Below are positions 10,501 through 19,659 of a stretch of 64,000 bases of DNA, one piece after another. The DNA lies in the IMG/VR virus record IMGVR_UViG_3300030390_001073, one strand, 5' to 3'. The notes under the pieces are model-generated. The model saw only the letters and a program-made list of their open reading frames with translations, had not been told where the DNA came from and ran no database searches. Numbering within the stretch: the stretch's first letter is position 1; the number at the start of each line of letters is the position of its first letter. The position numbers and the translations under genes are program-made. The DNA comes from an uncultured virus (IMG/VR IMGVR_UViG_3300030390_001073). Its lineage: Duplodnaviria > Heunggongvirae > Uroviricota > Caudoviricetes.

Positions 10501-12045
10501 AGTAACAGGACCTATTCCTGATGTATAAGCAACTAAAGAACCTAAAACGTTAGGCATTAAACAGTTATACTCATCTGTCCATGTTGTTCCTGCACTACAT
10601 GCTGTAAGGATAGTTTCACCCGGACCTAATGCTGATTGAAATTCTGTAGAATTTACTAAAGAAGTAACAGAATTATAATTTGTTGGTAATGTAAAAGTAA
10701 ATGATAAATCTAAAGATTCTACGGTTTCACTTGGTACAGGACTTCCTGTAAATGAAAAATGCACAAGTCTTATATCAAAAGATATTTGTGCTCCAACTAC
10801 TAAATCAAAACCACTTAAATCTAAAGTAATATTAGAATCAGTTATTGTTTGTGTACCTGCTGATGTATCTATTGTATACGTTCCGTCACTTAATGTAGTA
10901 GTTATATCAGTTAATCCAATAGCTTTATTTACAAGAGATACAGTATAGTCTAAATTAATAGGGTCTCCATTAGATGATGTTAAATCATATCCTTCAACAT
11001 AATTACCATAAATTATTCTGTTCCCCATTAAAGTTTGCGTCTTTGCTTTTAAAGGCACAGCATCATATAATCTACCAAGTTGGTCAGAATTTAATATTGT
11101 AAAAATCTGATTGCTATCGAATTCAATTGTTACATCTTGATTGTCAACAAAACCATTTTCGTTTTTATTAAATTTATCTATTACGTTTATAGTATTTTTA
11201 TTTGATTCTTTAAATAAAACTTCAATAGATTTTACTAAAGAACCACCGGTATTATAAGTTACAGAAACACCATTTCTAGCATTTTCCATACCATTATTTA
11301 ATTTATCATCAACACCTATAGAAAAAGTTTTAGGTAAAAAAGCAGGCTTTGACCATTGTGAGGTAGCCGAATAATCATCATCTTGATATTCAAATCGATA
11401 TGCAAAACAAATAAGTTTATTTTCTAAATAATTATTTTCTTGAGGTGAAGTAAATAAAGAAAACGCAGGACTTGTTGTAGGTGGTTTTTTTATAACCAAC
11501 AAAGACTCAGCAGTAATTACATCAATGTTATTAAAAGGTTGTTGATAATTTCTAGTAACATTTATAAAACGAGGTTGATTTGTGTTGTCTGTAAAAAACA
11601 ATAAATCTTCAATTTTATTTATAGAATGAATTAAAAAACTTGGGTCAAAATTTAAAGTAGTATTAGTGCCACTTGCTCCTTCTTTCATTGAAACCACATG
11701 ATAAGTAGTTATATCATTTTGTTCATCAAATGAAACAATTAAATCAAGTTTACCTGTAGTTCCTACAGTATAAGAAGGGTCGTGTACAAAAAAGTAAATG
11801 GTCTCATTAGAACCGTCTTCATACGCACCTATACATCTTGCATCTGCACTTAAATCAGTTCCATTAAACTCAAGTGTAGTTATTTTCTCATTACCCTTTG
11901 AGTTTTCTACTGACCCAATTTCTGATGCTTCGGTAGAACCTAATCTAACATTTAAAGCATCTATATATTGACCATTAGGAATTAAGCGTTCATCAACGCT
12001 TTTATTCATTTTACCTTGTATAAAATTCTTTTGTATATTTGCCAT
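7540..12045 (-). CDS. tail stabilisation/nozzle (muzzle)-like protein
   Basis: 1501 aa starting NFIQGKMNKSVDERLIPNGQYIDALNVR; contains LFFTDN...PR and YGISNNPESF motifs, as in Bacteroidota phage tail tube B/muzzle proteins. Confidence 0.7.
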   Translation of the reverse strand: MANIQKNFIQGKMNKSVDERLIPNGQYIDALNVRLGSTEASEIGSVENSKGNEKITTLEFNGTDLSADARCIGAYEDGSNETIYFFVHDPSYTVGTTGKLDLIVSFDEQNDITTYHVVSMKEGASGTNTTLNFDPSFLIHSINKIEDLLFFTDNTNQPRFINVTRNYQQPFNNIDVITAESLLVIKKPPTTSPAFSLFTSPQENNYLENKLICFAYRFEYQDDDYSATSQWSKPAFLPKTFSIGVDDKLNNGMENARNGVSVTYNTGGSLVKSIEVLFKESNKNTINVIDKFNKNENGFVDNQDVTIEFDSNQIFTILNSDQLGRLYDAVPLKAKTQTLMGNRIIYGNYVEGYDLTSSNGDPINLDYTVSLVNKAIGLTDITTTLSDGTYTIDTSAGTQTITDSNITLDLSGFDLVVGAQISFDIRLVHFSFTGSPVPSETVESLDLSFTFTLPTNYNSVTSLVNSTEFQSALGPGETILTACSAGTTWTDEYNCLMPNVLGSLVAYTSGIGPVTFPAVGSITGIASGNNIIIQLPAMQWVDNTGTPTVTITEYFRIQTSEATFQKISDTESLHSNRDYAIGIVYMDDFGRSSTALLASDASIHVPCSNSDFKNSINVEIPTNMLPPSWAKRYKFVIKPSQTTYETIYSNLFINDPTQIGYWFLLEGENIEKISEGQRLQVKADTSGAVNNCAVATVLEKVSQPSGFITFDSSFSSTAIDAPAGTYMRVVPNDFNVVLDEGAVQFQENEECTDTSGNSPMAACRVNRGDTSSGQPTGYLYSDYTIPEGSRIKLYFRFRRLGTGDGNNKCERRIYELDLDLVSSANYDNFQEWFDGDNIELRLDDGLWTGGSTSAGNPPTNTLLSNRTSAFDNRPTESDAGMTANSITTNFFRLVRSSTDNGLWLCATGTESCSGVGQRTRRRSCSKIEVTVFRSEDTIVFESEPQDALPDVFYEGDQSYPIISATGLHGGGTAAQILAGNRTQTSATSGKIQTTLFNCYSFGNGVESFKILDSVGGQELQIGNRVTTTANQEYKQAHRFADLTYSGRYSDFSNINKLNEFNFSLANYKILEDSFGPVAKLFGRETDVLVLQEDKISYVLAGKNLLSDSTGGGVVASVPEVLGTQIARKEVYGISNNPESFVCYGADKYFTDSKRGAVLQMRGTSMQNEQLSVISESGMRGFFRDLFINSFDTQKLGGYDPYMNEYVLSNNCIALPTSPQIENCGISLNYGLINASNPQSFIVRLGQPLGQVAITYTAPLLDFNTTFSIKVNYNGVEVANTGDVTTGGTLTFQKNDLTVNEATITISAAGGYIANLGLSVSCPQADQITVKTIVITSDLSSGSLIHTYYQYTDASFSSMQTSQFVQFLSGTNPVVSSFVEVTGGQGINTIPTDSSTVQLGSLFKPSDDYVFDTTSDRFGYLRSATNYNNNTSDINNLITDITNSSGWLTTNTSLAPQKYFGEFTMPNNDLDFLYLVYDLTSTFRLQMCYSPTGEQDACCGCS

Positions 12046-12048
12046 AGA

Positions 12049-12972
12049 TTATTTTATCCATTTATTTTGACCTCTCATGTTTTGGATAAGACGACCCGGA
12101 TGAATATTACTTATTCTAATCTTGGCGTTTCTTAGTAGTGATGATTTTCTTTTCTGAGCTCTTTTAACTATATATTCTTGAACACCAACCTTGCTGTTTA
12201 ATATTGCATATTCTATATATGCATACATATAATCTTCAAATAACTTGTTAACTGAAACTAAAGAATCATCACCATTCTCCATACCATCAGATATATATTC
12301 TAATATAGCTAATTTATCATTCATAGCAGAACTAAAATTAATTACTCCTGCTTTTTTATCTATACGAAATGTAGGATTAGCATTTGCTGTTTCTGTATTT
12401 AATCCCCAAGACGTTCCTATAGCCATATCAAAAAACCATGCACCATCTACTTCCCATCCCCAATAACCATTGTAAGGAGCGTTTTGATTTAAATATTGTG
12501 TCCTTTGTGTGTTTTGTAATCTTTCTTTTGTAAACTCTGAATTTTCAGGTTTTAAAATATTTCCATTTTGGTCAAATAATATATTACCTGAATTATCTTG
12601 TAGATAAGCACTAGCACTATTTATTTGTACATTTTCAACTAACGGTCTTAATAAACCATTATAAGACAAAGAGATACGAACCCAATTAACATAGTCAGAT
12701 GGTAATACATAACGTAAAGTATCACTAATCTGAAGCTCTAATACTTTAACCTCGTTAAATGCATCGTAATTTAATTCTTGTATTGCTCTTTTTGCGTGAA
12801 ACAATACTTTATACCTTTCTTCATTATTAACTAAAGAATGGTTGCCATTATACATTAATAAAAAATTAGTAATTATATCTTCTAAACTAATATATTGATA
12901 TGAACCCCAATTTTCATCCTGTGGAGTAGTTTCATTATTTGTATAATATTGATATTCTGATATATATGCCAT
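12049..12972 (-). CDS. tail ring/adaptor structural protein
   Basis: LPSDYVNWVRIS and LEYISDG motifs; located between capsid and nozzle genes. Confidence 0.6.
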   Translation of the reverse strand: MAYISEYQYYTNNETTPQDENWGSYQYISLEDIITNFLLMYNGNHSLVNNEERYKVLFHAKRAIQELNYDAFNEVKVLELQISDTLRYVLPSDYVNWVRISLSYNGLLRPLVENVQINSASAYLQDNSGNILFDQNGNILKPENSEFTKERLQNTQRTQYLNQNAPYNGYWGWEVDGAWFFDMAIGTSWGLNTETANANPTFRIDKKAGVINFSSAMNDKLAILEYISDGMENGDDSLVSVNKLFEDYMYAYIEYAILNSKVGVQEYIVKRAQKRKSSLLRNAKIRISNIHPGRLIQNMRGQNKWIK

Positions 12973-13709
12973 TATTGTTCGTCTTGAGTTTCTTTTTGGT
13001 CTTGTCCTAAAGCATACTGTACAACTTCAGTTTCTCTTATTTCCATTCCCGCAAATTGTAAAATTTTATTTACTAAATCCTGAAAGTAATCAAGGGGTAA
13101 TTCAAAGTCTTGATAACTTGGCGTAATACTAAATTGCGGTTGTTGTGCCGCACCCAATGACACATATGTCCATATAGGCGTTTCAGGGTATCTTATGTAT
13201 TGTGCTTGAACTTGACCTTGTGCAACAATTGATACAGGAAATACTGTTAATATACTTCCTTGTGTAGTGTAAGCAGGGAATGTTGTTGTAGGTGCAGTAT
13301 ATAAAGAATTGTTTAGTAATGTTATTTTACCTTGACTAACTCTTTCTGCTTCACCTGTATACGTTACTCCATCAGCTTTAAAACATAATATTTTATTTAT
13401 AAAATAAAAATCAGAACCTGTTGTTACAACAGATGGCATTTGGTATGTATTGTTAGCACCTGTAGTTAAAGGAGCTGTAATAGAAAACATATCTATTACT
13501 TCTACTAATCCTTTTTTAATATCTGCATATCCTGTTCCTGACTGTCTTACATTTTCTTTGTTAAGTTGATAATTGAATTGATAAAAAATATCTTCAAATA
13601 AATCTAACTGAGCTTGTTGAGCGTATAAATTAAAATCAGAAGGAGATAAATATCCGTAATTATTTTTATTTAATATAGCAAGAACAGCTTCATAAACTTG
13701 TTGTATCAT
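12972..13709 (-). CDS. tail ring/head-tail adaptor protein
   Basis: NKNNYGYLSPSDFNLYAQQAQLD and YIRYP motifs; gene position. Confidence 0.6.
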   Translation of the reverse strand: MIQQVYEAVLAILNKNNYGYLSPSDFNLYAQQAQLDLFEDIFYQFNYQLNKENVRQSGTGYADIKKGLVEVIDMFSITAPLTTGANNTYQMPSVVTTGSDFYFINKILCFKADGVTYTGEAERVSQGKITLLNNSLYTAPTTTFPAYTTQGSILTVFPVSIVAQGQVQAQYIRYPETPIWTYVSLGAAQQPQFSITPSYQDFELPLDYFQDLVNKILQFAGMEIRETEVVQYALGQDQKETQDEQ

Positions 13710-13724
13710 CTGTATTATTTTCTA

Positions 13725-13732
13725 CAAAGATA
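13725..13732 (-). promoter_or_regulatory. Bacteroidota-type -7 element (TATCTTTG)
   Basis: caaagata immediately downstream of a terminator and upstream of the 13709 start. Confidence 0.6.
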
Positions 13733-13735
13733 AGC

Positions 13736-13770
13736 AAAAAAAAAAGAGGTTAATTTTTTTAACCCCTTTC
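13736..13770 (-). terminator. intrinsic terminator
   Basis: GGGGTTAA/TTAACCTC stem followed by a long U tract on the minus strand. Confidence 0.7.
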
Positions 13771-13777
13771 TAATTTC

Positions 13778-14524
13778 TTATTTATCTAAACGTTTTTCTA
13801 GCAATTTTAATGCTTCAACGCCTTCATCTGATTGAAGATAAGAAGATACTATATATAACGAATCTTCACCATATGGTATTGTAACCATTCGTTTTTTATT
13901 AGATGATGTGTTAAAATGTACATCTCTTTTGTTGTTTTTGTAAATTAACAATTTATTATCAAAAAACATTTGAACTTTAGATTGTAGTTTTAACATAGGG
14001 TCATTAACCATATTAATTAAATCTGCAGGATTATTTCTTGCAAAAACTAACATATCTCTTTTTAATTCTGCTGTAGTCATTTTATTAACATCACCAAACA
14101 AAACTCTACCAATCATTTCTAATTGAGAAATTGTCATTTGTCTAGCTAAAATTAAAGCATCAACCTCAGCATACATTATTTCAACGTCTTCAGCTGCTTC
14201 TCTTCCTTTGTTAACTTCTTCAAACAAACCACCATTTTGTGGATGTAATGCTAAAAACTTTTGTAACACTTGATTTTCTTTAATCACACTTAACATGCCA
14301 TCTTCAAATATTATTGGTTCTAGTATAACATTACCATCTTGTTCGTCTACAAAAGGAGACTTTTGGTTTCTTGCATAACGTAAAGGTTTATTAACTCCTT
14401 CACTATTATCAAAATGCATTAAGGGAAATCTTTTACTATGTTGAGAAGCTAACATAAAAGCTAAAGGAGCTTTATCTCCTTTTAGTCTGTAGACTCTGTC
14501 TACGAATTCTTGTTTATTTTTCAT
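13778..14524 (-). CDS. hypothetical phage protein downstream of the major capsid gene
   Basis: 248 aa ORF with A-rich leader. Confidence 0.6.
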   Translation of the reverse strand: MKNKQEFVDRVYRLKGDKAPLAFMLASQHSKRFPLMHFDNSEGVNKPLRYARNQKSPFVDEQDGNVILEPIIFEDGMLSVIKENQVLQKFLALHPQNGGLFEEVNKGREAAEDVEIMYAEVDALILARQMTISQLEMIGRVLFGDVNKMTTAELKRDMLVFARNNPADLINMVNDPMLKLQSKVQMFFDNKLLIYKNNKRDVHFNTSSNKKRMVTIPYGEDSLYIVSSYLQSDEGVEALKLLEKRLDK

Positions 14525-14547
14525 TTTATTATAATTTAATTTGATTT

Positions 14548-14580
14548 AAAAAAAAAAGGGAGGAGGTTAATCCTCCCTCT
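14548..14580 (-). terminator. intrinsic terminator after the major capsid gene
   Basis: GGGAGGA/TCCTCCC stem plus a T10 tract on the minus strand. Confidence 0.8.
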
Positions 14581-14595
14581 TAATATATACTCTTA

Positions 14596-16050
14596 TTATG
14601 ATTTAAATAAGAAGAAGTTGTTAGCTCCTAGAGTACAAACACATCTTTCAGATAGGAAGTTAACTTCCATTGCATCTAAATCTTTGTTGCTTGCTCCACC
14701 TGCAGAACCTGTAATCCAAGACTTATAACGTCTGTCTTCAGCTTCTGATGCTCTATATCTAACATGTAAGAAAGGTCTCTTAGCGTTTTTACCAAGTATT
14801 TGGTCATAAACAGTAGTTGAACCTGCAGGAACTAAAAGTCCGTTGATTGCACCACCTATTAATCCACCTCTCATTGTTGGGTCATTTAAGTATTTCCACT
14901 CAGACTTGTAGAAGTCGTAACCTCTTCTGAATCCTGTGAAACCTAAATTTAACGCCATCTCCTCATCGTTATCAAATAATCCATAAGATGAACCACCTGC
15001 TCCATAAGAATTCTGAGCTGCTAACATATCATCAATATCAAAAGAGAAGTCTCTATTTACGAAAATTACATTTTCTTCAATAGAACCTTGCTTATCTAAT
15101 CTTGAAATAATGCTATCAAATCCTGCTAAATCAGTAGGATTACCTGCACCCCAAACATTTCCTCTAGCTTCTACTACATAGAATACACCTTCAGAACCTT
15201 TGTTACCTGCATCTGCATAAACTGCTTGAGTAGCAACACCTGAACCTGCTTCTGCCGGTACAGCTTCTACCATAGCTGTTTCTAAGTAATCATCGAAACG
15301 TAATCTAGTTTCGTGCTCAGATTTTAGATACCACATGTATCCGCTAGCTCCATCTTCAGTTTGAATTTCAATCCATCCGATTTGTGCCATATCAGAACCT
15401 GATACTTGATACTTATCTTTTAAGATAATTGGAGAGTTTTCAAAGATGAAATCATTGGAAATTAATCCACCTTCCATTCCATTAACTCCTTTTTTGAATT
15501 CAGAACCATAAATAAATACAGATACTGTTCCTGCGTAAGCTGCTAATCCTGCTGCTTCGTAGAAGCTAACAGTAAATGTAGTAGCTGTTACAGCTGTTAC
15601 GATACCTTTATTATTTAATGCTGAACCTGCTGTATCATCAGAAATCATTACTGTTTGACCTTTTCTGATACCGATTTGTCCTGCTGCTCCTAATGGAGCT
15701 ACTGAACCTGATGGTTGTCTTGCCGGGTCAACTTGAGCTGCGGGAACTGTAAACACTTCCGCAACTGCACCTGCACCTGCACCACCTAATACACAATTTA
15801 CATATTTAATATGTAACCTTCCTTGCTCTGCCCATTTGATAAGGTCTGAGTTAGAAGGCATTTCAGCACCAACCATTCTTAAGAATGATGATACTGTTCT
15901 ATTACCATATCTCTCAAACTCTTTTTCATAAGTATCCGGTAGATACTGATTTAAAAAGTTAAATTGAGTATTGGTAATATAGTTTGACGACAACGCTACT
16001 TGCTGAGCACTTGGCTGCAATTGAAACGTTGGAGCTGCTAATACTGCCAT
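14596..16050 (-). CDS. major capsid protein
   Basis: 484 aa after portal and scaffold; WAEQGRLH, YGSEFKKG and PFLHVRYR motifs; followed by a strong terminator. Confidence 0.85.
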   Translation of the reverse strand: MAVLAAPTFQLQPSAQQVALSSNYITNTQFNFLNQYLPDTYEKEFERYGNRTVSSFLRMVGAEMPSNSDLIKWAEQGRLHIKYVNCVLGGAGAGAVAEVFTVPAAQVDPARQPSGSVAPLGAAGQIGIRKGQTVMISDDTAGSALNNKGIVTAVTATTFTVSFYEAAGLAAYAGTVSVFIYGSEFKKGVNGMEGGLISNDFIFENSPIILKDKYQVSGSDMAQIGWIEIQTEDGASGYMWYLKSEHETRLRFDDYLETAMVEAVPAEAGSGVATQAVYADAGNKGSEGVFYVVEARGNVWGAGNPTDLAGFDSIISRLDKQGSIEENVIFVNRDFSFDIDDMLAAQNSYGAGGSSYGLFDNDEEMALNLGFTGFRRGYDFYKSEWKYLNDPTMRGGLIGGAINGLLVPAGSTTVYDQILGKNAKRPFLHVRYRASEAEDRRYKSWITGSAGGASNKDLDAMEVNFLSERCVCTLGANNFFLFKS

Positions 16051-16076
16051 AATTTTAATTTTTTTTTGTTAGACTA

Positions 16077-17165
16077 TTATTTTCGTTTTACACTTTTAAT
16101 CTTTAAACCTCGACCTGAATCGGTATTTAAAGCTCTTACTCTCATTCCTCCTTTAGTAGTTCCTACTTCGGGTGTGTTTCTGACTCTCATATTTATATTT
16201 TTAGTTTTACGAACTACGTCAGTTACACCATCCGATTGACCTTGTTCATAAAAGAACTTGGCAAACTTTTCAGGATTCATGGCAAGTGATAAAGCTCTGT
16301 GGTATCCGTATGCATCATTAATTTGTCCTTGACCATCCATGAATTTATTTATAAAATTCAAAACATTAGATTGTTTAGACATTAACTCTGATGCATCTCC
16401 CGGACTATAAGTGACATCTTTATCACCTAATTTAAACTCAAAACCTTTGAACTCATTGGAAAAAACTTCTTTGGTCTTTTGTTCAAATACCTCAGAATTT
16501 CTTCTAGCCGTTTCCTCTTTGCTTTTCGCACTCTTTGCAAATTGTTTATACTCTTCTAGCTCTTTACTATTTTCAGAACCAACAACCGGTCTTGACTCAA
16601 GGGGTTGTTTATATTGTTCTTTCTGTTCGTTAAAATACTTTCTAGCTTTAACAACTGCTCTTTTCTTTGCTAACTTTCTTTTCTTTATTATCTGAGCGTC
16701 ATCTACATCTTCATCAAATCTGTAGTCATCTAATAATGCATCTACATCTTCTGAGTCAATAGCTTCGTCAGTTGCTAAAAAATATTCAGCTAACAAATTG
16801 TCAGGTTGCATGTCCTCAAAGTCTCTGTTTAATTTAACATAGTCATTGATTCCTCTACCTGTTTCTTTTTTATATTTTAAAAAGGAAGAAACATCTTCCG
16901 GTAATTCCGGCTGCTCTTCTCTTTCTTTTAATAAATCTTCAAATGAATCGATAGACTTATTATATCTTTTTTCTAAATAATCTTTTACTGAACTATCCGT
17001 CAGCTCAACATTATTTTCTTCTTTTTCCTCAACCTCTTGTGGCTCTACACTTTCAGCTGTGGTTTGATTTTGTAGAACACTCTTATCCAAAAGCTCTTGT
17101 TCAATTTCGGCTTTGCCCTTTTCAGGTGCAGAAACCTCTCTTACTTTAATGTTTTCTAAATTCAT
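16077..17165 (-). CDS. putative capsid scaffolding protein
   Basis: acidic, coiled-coil, basic C-terminus; between portal and capsid genes. Confidence 0.65.
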   Translation of the reverse strand: MNLENIKVREVSAPEKGKAEIEQELLDKSVLQNQTTAESVEPQEVEEKEENNVELTDSSVKDYLEKRYNKSIDSFEDLLKEREEQPELPEDVSSFLKYKKETGRGINDYVKLNRDFEDMQPDNLLAEYFLATDEAIDSEDVDALLDDYRFDEDVDDAQIIKKRKLAKKRAVVKARKYFNEQKEQYKQPLESRPVVGSENSKELEEYKQFAKSAKSKEETARRNSEVFEQKTKEVFSNEFKGFEFKLGDKDVTYSPGDASELMSKQSNVLNFINKFMDGQGQINDAYGYHRALSLAMNPEKFAKFFYEQGQSDGVTDVVRKTKNINMRVRNTPEVGTTKGGMRVRALNTDSGRGLKIKSVKRK

Positions 17166-17187
17166 TTGATTTAATTTTAATTTATTA

Positions 17188-17195
17188 CAAAGTTA
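17188..17195 (-). promoter_or_regulatory. Bacteroidota-type -7 element (TAACTTTG)
   Basis: caaagtta in the gap upstream of the scaffold/capsid genes. Confidence 0.6.
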
Positions 17196-17223
17196 CACAT
17201 TTACTTTCACTTTTTTTAATGTA

Positions 17224-19659
17224 TTATCTAGGGTCAAATTCTGACAAATCAAATCCATCTAAACTATCCTCGTTAGACTCAAATGATTGAGGAGGTAAAT
17301 TATTTTTCTTTTGATTTATTAAATTTGATTGTTGAGAATTTTGTTGACTAATTCTTGATGCCTTTGCTGATTCTCTTTCTTTTTCTCTAGCACCTAATGC
17401 TTCAGATTCTTGACCTTTTATTTGCATATTATATTGAAACTCTTTATCCATTAGTTGAGCTTTTAACTCAGCTTCTATTTTCATTTTATCAATTTCAAAA
17501 GCAATGTCAGCTTGACGATATTGCATTTTAGCTTGAGCTTCAGCTTGTATTTTTTGCATAGATATTGCAGCGGCAGCTTGTTGAGATTTCATATTAACAT
17601 TAGCTTGCATTTGCATTTTCATTGCTTCTTTCTTTTGGTCCTCTTCAGCTTTTTGTCTACGCTTTAATTTTAATAATTGATTAGCTAATTTTATATTTCT
17701 TAACTCTCTAATGTCAATTGCATCTTCAAGATTAATATCTGACTTAGACAATGCCATTTGTATGTTTTGTTCTAACATAGCTTTTTGTTCTTCATCAGGC
17801 GAAACTTCAATAAAAATTCCAAAGTCATATATATATAACTCAGATATTTCACCCAATATAGAAGTATTGTATTTTCCTATTTGATTTATAAGTTCATCTT
17901 TAAAATCTGAATATTCTAAAACATCAGCAACTCTGTAAGATAATGCTTCAGCTAAAGTTCTATAAACATACAATGCACCTTCTAAAATATGTCTTGTTGC
18001 TACATTAGAATTTAATGCTGCTAATTTTTGTACACCAACTAATGCATCAGGACTAGGAGTAGAACCATCTCTTGCTTCATTTAATCCTGTTACAGTTCTA
18101 ATCATATCCATATAATGATTATAATTAGTAATTAACATTTGTGTTTTACTAGCTCCACTATTAGAAGTAAGTTGTTGAATAGGAACTCTAGCATTATTAA
18201 ACTCACCATCTTGAGTATAACTTCTACCTACAACACTACCTGTTTGAAAATATAATCGTAAAGCATCTTCCGGATTGTATGCATTACCTGTACCTAAATC
18301 AACTTCACTTAATCCATCAGCATCTATAAAAACACCATCAGGAACTACTCTAGCAATTACTTGTTGTAATTTTAAATGTGTAATTTGAATTAAATCTGCA
18401 AACGGAATCATTCTTCTAGTTAATGATTCTATGTTTCCTTTATACATTCTAGGTGCTACTGCTACATAATTAGAAATAGCATGCTGAGAAGCAGACTTTG
18501 GTCTAACCATATTTTCAGCTAACTCCCATTTCAATATAAAGTTTGTTCCCATAACCATAACTCCTTCATACCAAACATCAATTCTTTTGCTTACTTTTTC
18601 AAAATTTCCTTCCTCCATTACTTCGTCAGGAGGATTAAATTGGTCATCTTTTTCTATTACTCTTGAACCACCACCATCTAATATTTTTTTCTTATAAACA
18701 TATTCTTTTGTGGTTTTATAATTAAAATACATCAAAGTTGCTGTATCTCTATAAAATATACTGTTTTGAAAATATTGTGCTGTATTAAAATAATCGTACC
18801 AAGATTGTCCGTACTTACTTATTTCTTCTAAATCTTCATTAGTTAAACTAGGGTCAATTTTAATTAACTCTGTAATAGCTACAGTTTTAATTTCTCCCCA
18901 ATAAAAACAATCTTTAAAATGTTTATCTTCTGTATAACTATAAACTAAATTTGCAGGGTCTACATAATTAACTGTAACACCACTCCCTTCTAAAAATTCA
19001 TGTTTAGCACAACCTATTCCTAAAACTGTAATATCATAATCAATTCTTTTACGAGTATCTTGATAATGATTTTCTGCAAACAAAGTATTAATAGCTTCTT
19101 CTTCAGCAATTTCTACTGCAGGCTTATAATTTAAATTCATGTATAATGAAAGTTCTTCGTCATTTTCAGGAAGACTATCGGGTTCACTAATAAAAGGGTC
19201 AACACCAAAATCTTTTTGTATATCTAACAGGATATCTTTACCTGCCATTTGACCTTGAATTACATCTTGATATTTACTTCTATTTTGTTGCGACATTGCA
19301 TCTTGAGCATAAGCTTCAACTTTAAAAAGTCTATCTGACATACCATTAACTACGATGTCTACAAATTTTGGAATAACAGGAACTATAGACCAATCTAAGT
19401 TTAAATAACTTAAATCACCATCTACAGCTAATTCGTTTTTATACTTACCAATATTTTGTTCTCCTCTTGCATATAGCCTAAGTCGATTAAAATTTTCCCA
19501 TTGGCTATAATATCTACTACCAACTCCATCTCTTCTAAACCATTCATATTGAATAGCTTGTCCTATTTGTAAACCAAACTCAGCAGTTGCTTTTTCTGCG
19601 TCAGAAGCAAACTGACTTGGGAATCCTGCAGAGGTTATATCTATCTTAATATCTTTCAT
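17224..19659 (-). CDS. portal protein
   Basis: 811 aa after terminase; LDWSIVPVIPKFVDIVVNG and TGLNEARDG motifs; Gln-rich coiled-coil C-terminus. Confidence 0.85.
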   Translation of the reverse strand: MKDIKIDITSAGFPSQFASDAEKATAEFGLQIGQAIQYEWFRRDGVGSRYYSQWENFNRLRLYARGEQNIGKYKNELAVDGDLSYLNLDWSIVPVIPKFVDIVVNGMSDRLFKVEAYAQDAMSQQNRSKYQDVIQGQMAGKDILLDIQKDFGVDPFISEPDSLPENDEELSLYMNLNYKPAVEIAEEEAINTLFAENHYQDTRKRIDYDITVLGIGCAKHEFLEGSGVTVNYVDPANLVYSYTEDKHFKDCFYWGEIKTVAITELIKIDPSLTNEDLEEISKYGQSWYDYFNTAQYFQNSIFYRDTATLMYFNYKTTKEYVYKKKILDGGGSRVIEKDDQFNPPDEVMEEGNFEKVSKRIDVWYEGVMVMGTNFILKWELAENMVRPKSASQHAISNYVAVAPRMYKGNIESLTRRMIPFADLIQITHLKLQQVIARVVPDGVFIDADGLSEVDLGTGNAYNPEDALRLYFQTGSVVGRSYTQDGEFNNARVPIQQLTSNSGASKTQMLITNYNHYMDMIRTVTGLNEARDGSTPSPDALVGVQKLAALNSNVATRHILEGALYVYRTLAEALSYRVADVLEYSDFKDELINQIGKYNTSILGEISELYIYDFGIFIEVSPDEEQKAMLEQNIQMALSKSDINLEDAIDIRELRNIKLANQLLKLKRRQKAEEDQKKEAMKMQMQANVNMKSQQAAAAISMQKIQAEAQAKMQYRQADIAFEIDKMKIEAELKAQLMDKEFQYNMQIKGQESEALGAREKERESAKASRISQQNSQQSNLINQKKNNLPPQSFESNEDSLDGFDLSEFDPR

